From Candidatus Eisenbergiella merdavium (lineage in GTDB: Bacteria > Bacillota > Clostridia > Lachnospirales > Lachnospiraceae): DNA of 64,000 nt. The stretch covers positions 82,756 through 146,755 of the forward strand of contig DWWS01000013.1 of assembly GCA_019119595.1 (NCBI GenBank), in the 5' to 3' direction. Every line of letters begins with the position of its first letter. The first letter of the stretch is position 1. Positions 57,829 to 64,000 of this stretch are shown in pieces. The position numbers and the translations under genes were made by a program. A model generated the notes under the pieces. It saw only the letters and a program-made list of their open reading frames with translations. It did no database searches and was not told the DNA's origin.

Positions 57829-59079
57829 ATGAATCCAATATTACCTAATCAATATTACATACCGGATGTGGAAGCGAGAGTGGATACGGATGGAACAGTA
57901 TATCTGTACGGCTCAAAGGATATTGTAAATGATGACTGCTATTGCAGCAGAGAATATCAGGTTTTTGCTTCCAGGGATTTAAAGGAATGGAAAACGGGCG
58001 AAATCAGCTTTTCGGCGGAGTGGATGAAAAAGGATACGGAATTGCGTTTATATGCGCCGGACTGCATAAAAAAAGAAGAAAAATATTATCTGCTTTACTG
58101 CCTTGCCGATGGAACAGAAGGAATAGCAGAAAGCGCTTATCCGATGGGGCCGTTTCAGGATAGAGGAGTAATTCCGGGGATATGCGGTATTGATCCATCC
58201 GCCCTGGTAGAAAATGGTAAGGTATACTATTTCTGGGGGCAGATTTCTTTAAAAGGAGCACAGCTGGACCTGGAAAGCTGCCGCCTTGAGGAAGGCAGTA
58301 TAGTAGAAGGAATATTGACGCAGGACAAAGATGGCTTTCATGAGGGATCTTCAATCCGGAAAATCGGAGATAAATATTATCTGATCTATACAGATACTTC
58401 AAGAGGAAGGGCTACCTGTCTGGGATATGCGGTCAGCGATTCGCCGTTAGGGCCATACGAAAAAAAGGGAATCATTATAGATAATACAGGCTGCGACCCT
58501 TCCTCCTGGAATAACCATGGATCGATTCAGAAAATAGGAGAACAGTATTATGTGTTTTATCATCGTTCGACTCATAACAGCGAATTCAGCAGACATGTAT
58601 GCATAGAACCGATATTCATACATGAGGATGGAACGATTGACGAGGTGGAAATGACGTCCCAGGGAGCGGAGGCATATATAGAGTGCACACGAAGGCTGGA
58701 AGCGTCGGCTTTCTGTTTGATTCATGGAAAAGCGTTTCTTCAGGATTTCTCGTCGGCGGGAGAGTCCTTTGAATTTCTGACAAATATTCATGACCATGAC
58801 GGTGCGTTTATCAAATATTATCTGTTTGATAAAGAAGTAAAAGAATTTTGCGTTTTGGCTGCGAATGTAGGAGAAGATGCGGTTATTCTGGTTCATTTGG
58901 ATAACGCAGAGGGGGAAGTAGCAGCAGCGGTGACAGTGGGGAGGACAGAGGGACACTATGATTTTCAGAAGTTTTCCGGCGCAGTTTCCCGGCAAGTGGA
59001 AGGAAAACATGCGGTTTATCTGGAATTCATCGGAAAAGATGGAAAACTGCTGAATTTAAAGAGCATGTATTTTAAATAA
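57829..59079 (+). CDS. GH43 glycoside hydrolase with C-terminal CBM6-like domain
   Basis: YIPD, YAPD, GIDP, FHEG, NNHGSI and a C-terminal GKHAVYL beta-sandwich. Confidence 0.82.
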   Translation: MNPILPNQYYIPDVEARVDTDGTVYLYGSKDIVNDDCYCSREYQVFASRDLKEWKTGEISFSAEWMKKDTELRLYAPDCIKKEEKYYLLYCLADGTEGIAESAYPMGPFQDRGVIPGICGIDPSALVENGKVYYFWGQISLKGAQLDLESCRLEEGSIVEGILTQDKDGFHEGSSIRKIGDKYYLIYTDTSRGRATCLGYAVSDSPLGPYEKKGIIIDNTGCDPSSWNNHGSIQKIGEQYYVFYHRSTHNSEFSRHVCIEPIFIHEDGTIDEVEMTSQGAEAYIECTRRLEASAFCLIHGKAFLQDFSSAGESFEFLTNIHDHDGAFIKYYLFDKEVKEFCVLAANVGEDAVILVHLDNAEGEVAAAVTVGRTEGHYDFQKFSGAVSRQVEGKHAVYLEFIGKDGKLLNLKSMYFK

Positions 59080-59093
59080 TGAGGAATTTTATG

Positions 59094-59141
59094 AAAAGCA
59101 GTCCCATCAGTCTGTAAACCAGCTGATGGGACTGCTTTTTT
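59094..59141. terminator. Bidirectional Rho-independent terminator
   Basis: aaaagcagtcccatcag...ctgatgggactgcttttt between convergent genes. Confidence 0.85.
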
Positions 59142-59156
59142 CGGAGAATAATAGTG

Positions 59157-59582
59157 CTATCGCAGGTGTTCCCTGAGCTGCCTGATCTCCCTGTCCAACC
59201 GCTCAGTCTCCCGTTTCAGCCTGCGGAAATAGACGAAGGAAAACAGAAGATACGGGACGGAAAAGGAAAAGAAAACATCCCGGAAGGCATGCGGATGAAG
59301 CGGCGTGCGCAGGCCGCTCAGGAACACAAAGCCGAATACACAGGCCAGCGTGACAAGGTACAGAAGGATTCCTGCCCGGAGCGGGGAAAGGCCGTCCAGA
59401 AGATAGCTCCGGGAAAGAACGGCTATGCTAACCAGACTGAAAACAGCCGTCCAGAACAGATTAAACTGGGTGGGATTGACAGCTCTTCTATGGACGACCT
59501 CCAAAAGATTTCCGCCCAGAACTATTATGGTAAATACCATACAGAAAACGGAGAAAAAATTTTTTTTCGTGATCAGCCTCAT
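59157..59582 (-). CDS. Four-TM membrane protein, putative LytTR-system inhibitor
   Basis: Hydrophobic, ends ERLDREIRQLRE; 4-bp overlap with the LytTR gene. Confidence 0.7.
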   Translation of the reverse strand: MRLITKKNFFSVFCMVFTIIVLGGNLLEVVHRRAVNPTQFNLFWTAVFSLVSIAVLSRSYLLDGLSPLRAGILLYLVTLACVFGFVFLSGLRTPLHPHAFRDVFFSFSVPYLLFSFVYFRRLKRETERLDREIRQLREHLR

Positions 59583-60043
59583 GACAGGGACCTCCTTCCC
59601 TGAAGCGCAGCGGCCAGACGCTGACGGAATCCGTCGCGGTAGTGGCGGCTGATGACCAGCGTTTCCTGATTATCAAGGCGGATCAGGAGGCGCATTTCAA
59701 AATCATTTCTGACAGACTGGATGCGGTACAGGTTTACCACAACAGATTTGCTGATCCGGACAAAGCCGAGGCTCTGGAACTGCTCCTCCGCCTCCTTCAG
59801 AGAGAGAGGAACCTCAAATACCTCTTTTTCCAGACAGGCAAAGGTCCGTTTTTCGACGGCCTCAAAATAAAAAATGCAGGGAACAGAAAGCGGCGTTTCC
59901 GCCCCATCTCTTTGTCCCATGATCCGCTCTCCCGATTTTTCCAGAAGACCGGCGGCCCACAGAATGTCGCCGGTCGCGTGCCGGCAGTGGATTTCCGCAT
60001 GATCCTCCGTGACGGACGGGTTTTCATGAATGGAGACTCTCAT
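59579..60043 (-). CDS. Stand-alone LytTR regulator (no receiver)
   Basis: IFYFEAVEKRTF, FVRISKSVVVN, ISRHY. Confidence 0.88.
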   Translation of the reverse strand: MRVSIHENPSVTEDHAEIHCRHATGDILWAAGLLEKSGERIMGQRDGAETPLSVPCIFYFEAVEKRTFACLEKEVFEVPLSLKEAEEQFQSLGFVRISKSVVVNLYRIQSVRNDFEMRLLIRLDNQETLVISRHYRDGFRQRLAAALQGRRSLS

Positions 60044-60162
60044 TTCTTTTTCAATCCTTTCTTTTCCAGAAACAGCATTCTACGGCGCGCGTCCTCAAGA
60101 TAAAGACGCATGCCGTCCGGGTTAAAGTCTATCACAATATCCATGAAAAAACATCTTTTCCG

Positions 60163-60194
60163 CGACAAGTTGCGCCATGCGCCGACAAGCTGCG
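60163..60194 (+). promoter_or_regulatory. LytTR-type direct repeat
   Basis: cgacaagttgcg (60163) and cgacaagctgcg (60183). Confidence 0.65.
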
Positions 60195-60280
60195 AAACAG
60201 GGCCGTACAAAAGGAGTATACTCGAAAACGGTAAAAATGACCGCTGTAAGGATAATTTGACGAAAAACGGAGGTAAGAGG

Positions 60281-61054
60281 ATGGAAAGAAAAGCAGAGGA
60301 AAAAACAAAAGGAAAAAAGGAAGAAAAAAGGGGAGGAAAAATGGAAGAGAAAATGGAAGAAAAAGCGTCGGGAAAGAAAGGCTGGCTCTGCCTGGGGCTG
60401 GCCGTTCTGGTATTTCTTACTCTGGCAATGGAGGTTGCGGTGCTTCTTGCAGAAAGCGCAGCCTATGGAGCCGCGCCCTCCGCGCTCTGGCAACATTGTA
60501 TCCACTGGACGCTGACCTGCGCGGTATGGTGCGCAGGACTGACGCTCGTACACCGCTTTGCCTGCAGAAGGGAGCTGTTCGGGCCGGAAGGCCAGGCAGA
60601 GGGCCAGACGGAGGGGCGCCTGCGCCCGGGACAATGGGCCGTGCTGGCAGCAGTGACCGCAGCAGGCGTGTTGTTCATGACGGCAAACTGGGATATGACC
60701 TTTAAGCCCCTCACAGAATGGGGCAGGTTTGTGGAACGATTCGGCGGTATGGGAACGGCGGGCTTTTTATTCCAGTATCTGTACTACCTGGCGGAATCTG
60801 CCATCATCCTGACGGTGATCATGCTGGGACAGAGGGCGGGAGAATGCTTTTTCAGTCGGGGGCGGCAGACCCTTTTCCCCTGGGGCTGGCTGCTGTGCTC
60901 CCTGCTGTGGGGCTTCCCTCACCTGCTCACCAAGGACTTGGAAACCGCCGTCCTTTCCATCGGCCTTTCCCTGCTCTTTGAGCTGGCTTATCTGGCGGCG
61001 GGGCGGAAAAAATGGACGGCCTATGCGGCGGTGGCGGTGATTTTTCTTCTGTAG
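60281..61054 (+). CDS. Multi-pass membrane protein, weakly CPBP/Abi-like
   Basis: Many TM segments, YYLAE and WGFPH. ATG after a ggagg RBS. Confidence 0.6.
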   Translation: MERKAEEKTKGKKEEKRGGKMEEKMEEKASGKKGWLCLGLAVLVFLTLAMEVAVLLAESAAYGAAPSALWQHCIHWTLTCAVWCAGLTLVHRFACRRELFGPEGQAEGQTEGRLRPGQWAVLAAVTAAGVLFMTANWDMTFKPLTEWGRFVERFGGMGTAGFLFQYLYYLAESAIILTVIMLGQRAGECFFSRGRQTLFPWGWLLCSLLWGFPHLLTKDLETAVLSIGLSLLFELAYLAAGRKKWTAYAAVAVIFLL

Positions 61055-61138
61055 ACGGCAGGGGCTGTACAGAGACCTCTCTCATGGTTTAAAATACAGG
61101 AAAGAAGACTGTATTTTAACCGGAGGGAGGTTTTGCCT

Positions 61139-62251
61139 ATGGGAGAGGAGGAGGACAGGACAGCGGAAATGCCCGGAGCATCTGTCAGAGAGGATCTGAA
61201 GCGCTGCTTTGGTCTTGGCGGCGAGCGTTTTGCGCCTGTTTCCGGCGGCTGGCTGAACCGGAAATGGAGGCTTGCCAGTGACAGCGGGGATTTTCTGGTG
61301 AAGCAGTACAGCAGAAAGCGTTTTAACCAAAGGCAGCTTGACTGGATCGAGGAGTCTATGCAGCGCCAGATCATCGCGCAAAGGGAGGGTGTGCCCTGTC
61401 CCCGTGTCCGCTCCTTTCAGGGAAGGGTTCTGCGCATGCTTCCGGACGGTACCGTTTACATGGTAATGGAATTTTGCCCGGGCGCCGTGCCGGACCGTGA
61501 CGGCATTACGGCAGAGCAGATGAATGCCATCGGGACGGCCTGCGGGGCGATCCATCGGATCTTTTCCCAACTGCCGCCGCAGGGAGTGAGAGGATTTCCG
61601 TTGGACGAAAGGTCGGTTCTGGACGGGCCGTGGGAGCATTACCGAAGCCAGATGGCCGAATGCAGGGCGGAAAAGGCAGAGAAAAACGCGGCGGGTATGC
61701 GGTCAGAAACGCCGCCGGAATTCCTGCGCGCTCTGGAGCGGGAGAGGGAAATCCTGGAAAAGCTGTCCCCTGATTTTTTGAGCCGTCAGGAAAAGGGGAT
61801 CGGTCATGAGGATTTTACGCTGGACAATATGCTGCTTGCGGGGGATAGGGTCTCGGCCATCCTGGACTTTGACCGCAGTCAGTACGGCTTCCTTCTGCAT
61901 GATGTGGGACGAGCCATTCTTTCCCTTGCGCTGAAGGATGGCGAGCTGGATCCGGGAAAGGCGGACGCATTTCTGGAGGGCTACGTGGAACAAAGATCTT
62001 TCGGGGAAAACGGGAAAATGCAGACGGTGGGAATGATCGCAGCGGCAGGATTCTCGGAAGGAATGGGAAGAACAGGCAGAACGGGCAGAACGGGCAGAAA
62101 GCGTCTGCTGTCCGACGCGCTGCGGCTTACCTGGTGCATCGAAGCGCCCTGGTGGGTGAGAAAGGGCGTTTTCCTCGGAGCGAGTGTGAAGCCGGAGCGG
62201 TTTCTGGAGGAAATCGTCTGGGTGGGAGAGAGATGGGAGAGATTTTTATGA
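61139..62251 (+). CDS. APH/homoserine-kinase-like phosphotransferase
   Basis: GGWLN, LVKQY, GHEDFTLDNML, ILDFD. Confidence 0.78.
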   Translation: MGEEEDRTAEMPGASVREDLKRCFGLGGERFAPVSGGWLNRKWRLASDSGDFLVKQYSRKRFNQRQLDWIEESMQRQIIAQREGVPCPRVRSFQGRVLRMLPDGTVYMVMEFCPGAVPDRDGITAEQMNAIGTACGAIHRIFSQLPPQGVRGFPLDERSVLDGPWEHYRSQMAECRAEKAEKNAAGMRSETPPEFLRALEREREILEKLSPDFLSRQEKGIGHEDFTLDNMLLAGDRVSAILDFDRSQYGFLLHDVGRAILSLALKDGELDPGKADAFLEGYVEQRSFGENGKMQTVGMIAAAGFSEGMGRTGRTGRTGRKRLLSDALRLTWCIEAPWWVRKGVFLGASVKPERFLEEIVWVGERWERFL

Positions 62252-62919
62252 AAAAGAATATTTCAATTTCTGTAAGACCGGAAAACTTTAATGATGATTT
62301 TCTGATGGCCTGCGGCAATATGTCCTGGTACGATTTTGTCCTGGGCATGCCGTCTCTGGTCTTTGTCGTCACCGGATGGAAATCGAACGGAAAAGAAAAC
62401 GCCTGCCTTCATTCCTGGTCTGCTTTTACGGGAAGCGGTCCCGAACATTTCATCTGCGTATTGTCAAAGGTAAGCAAAGACGGCCACATGTATCGCTCGC
62501 TGAAGGAGACGGGAGTGTGTGTACTGAATTTCCCTTCCAATGATATTTATGACCGCTGCATCAAAACCATTGGGCATAACGAATTTGAGACGGATGAGAT
62601 CACCGCGGCGGGACTGACGGCGGAACCGGCAGGCAGGGTGAATGCTCCGCAGATCAGGGAGTGCTTTTTAAATATCGAATGCGAATATCTGTGGGAGCAT
62701 GAGCTGTTTGAGGGAAGCCGGGAAGTGGCTGTCGGACTGAAGGCCGTCAACGTCTGTATGGACAGCGACCGCTATGATCAGCAAAAAATGGGCCGGTATG
62801 GAAAGCACGGGTTCCTGCTTCAGATCGATCAGCCGTCCAATCCTGAGACCGGCGAGATCACGCACTTTGGCCCGGGGATCGTTGAGGAAGGAGTGACGGT
62901 GCCCTGGGTTACGAAGTAA
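62248..62919 (+). CDS. Flavin reductase-like FMN-binding protein
   Basis: VVTGWKSNGKENAC, CVLNFP, VNAPQIRECFLNIEC; ATGA overlap. Confidence 0.8.
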   Translation: MKKNISISVRPENFNDDFLMACGNMSWYDFVLGMPSLVFVVTGWKSNGKENACLHSWSAFTGSGPEHFICVLSKVSKDGHMYRSLKETGVCVLNFPSNDIYDRCIKTIGHNEFETDEITAAGLTAEPAGRVNAPQIRECFLNIECEYLWEHELFEGSREVAVGLKAVNVCMDSDRYDQQKMGRYGKHGFLLQIDQPSNPETGEITHFGPGIVEEGVTVPWVTK

Positions 62920-63007
62920 ACATAAGTGACTATACCAGCATAGGAGGAGAGTAGCTATGAAATCAGCAATGCCGGAAATTCTGCAAAGGAAAAGTAATGA
63001 TGTTCTG

Positions 63008-63922
63008 TCATTTAAAATATCCCTGATCCAAGAATTTTTTCAGACCGTTTACGGCGGTTTCATAGGGAAGATACGTAAACAAAAGGTTTCTGGTAATATT
63101 ATCGTAATCAGCTTTATAGATATCCTTTTCAATGATTTCAGTCAAAATGTCATGAATACAGAAATTTTCTTTTGCAGACGGACAGATGGAAAGCTGGCTA
63201 CGTAGTTGCCGTACCTCCTGAATCAATGGAACCAGGGATTGATCCGGAGAGGCATGCTCTAAGATTTGATATATATCGTATAGATGTCTGGAATGGCGCT
63301 CTGTTTTATCTGTCAGATAATAATCGCAAAGAGCAAAAATTTTATCAACCAGGGTTCTTTCAATAGCCTGTGTCGTGACTAGAAAGGGCATAAGATTAAA
63401 TCTTTCTGCCAGATGCTCCTGATTCGTGTCTTTTAAAAAAAGATGGATATAGTTATCCGCCATTCGAGTCACAGTGGGAAATGGCAAAAGGGCAATATAG
63501 GTTTCGATCATCAATTCCGGCCTCAATTCTGCTACAGATGCGTAGCGCGTGGAATAAGTAGCCCGGTAACAGTTGTAGCTTCTTCGACTGCGTGTATCGT
63601 TCAGATTTATAATCGGAAATTGCAGAGCTTCCATGGACGAGACAATTGCCTTTTTAAGCTGTCTTTTTCTACTTTCACCAGGAATACCTTCGGAAGCAGC
63701 ATAGGAGATATCAATATCTTCCGAAAAGCGGTTTAAGATCTGGTAGCATTTGGTTAAGGAGGTTCCTCCTTTAAAGACCATACTTTTGATTCTGGAATTT
63801 AGTTCGCGGAGGGCAAGCGTCACATAGTAGTCCTTTTCAATTATACCGGCAGGTATGTGTAGTTCGTTGGAGGCAGCAGTTACCAGTTCTTCAAATGCTT
63901 CCGGATCAAGATGCAAATTCAT
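63008..63922 (-). CDS. AbiEii-family nucleotidyltransferase (type IV TA toxin)
   Basis: IEKDY, FKGGTSL, RFSEDID, ERTLVDK, RHLYD. Confidence 0.88.
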   Translation of the reverse strand: MNLHLDPEAFEELVTAASNELHIPAGIIEKDYYVTLALRELNSRIKSMVFKGGTSLTKCYQILNRFSEDIDISYAASEGIPGESRKRQLKKAIVSSMEALQFPIINLNDTRSRRSYNCYRATYSTRYASVAELRPELMIETYIALLPFPTVTRMADNYIHLFLKDTNQEHLAERFNLMPFLVTTQAIERTLVDKIFALCDYYLTDKTERHSRHLYDIYQILEHASPDQSLVPLIQEVRQLRSQLSICPSAKENFCIHDILTEIIEKDIYKADYDNITRNLLFTYLPYETAVNGLKKFLDQGYFK

Positions 63923-64000
63923 AGATAATCCCCCATTCAATCAATTTTTTTGCAGTATTGCCTGTCAGAGCAGGAAACACAAAGGATAAGAGTTCCCTGG
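63906..64000 (-). CDS. C-terminus of probable AbiEi-type antitoxin (runs off window)
   Basis: Open frame ...TGNTAKKLIEWGIIYEFAS* overlapping the AbiEii start; identity inferred from position. Confidence 0.5.
   Translation of the reverse strand, partial: RELLSFVFPALTGNTAKKLIEWGIIYEFAS

Overview
A 64-kb, mostly GC-rich chromosomal window whose gene content and style point to an anaerobic gut Firmicute (Lachnospiraceae/Clostridiales-like; this is inference). It holds three carbohydrate-utilisation loci: (1) two GH29 fucosidases, an ABC importer, a GNAT and a GH2 beta-glucuronidase; (2) a YesM/N-type two-component system, an ABC importer and a sulfatase; (3) an AT-richer LacI, ABC importer, GH1 and GH43 block. 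It also contains a heavily deleted group II intron remnant, several LytTR-based regulatory modules, two heterodimeric ABC exporters, a complete V/A-type ATPase operon, two APH-like kinases and an AbiE-type toxin-antitoxin pair at the right edge. The best candidate for an undescribed system is the six-gene operon at 33702-40878. There a full partner-switching set (STAS, membrane PP2C, RsbW-like kinase) with no sigma factor brackets an ATP-grasp ligase, a GH3-type acyl-acid amido synthetase and a MATE exporter carrying a degenerate RsbW-like tail. Also notable are an AraC regulator broken by a G10 tract (possible phase variation) and multi-hairpin intergenic elements. All family calls come from motif recognition by eye; no searches were run.
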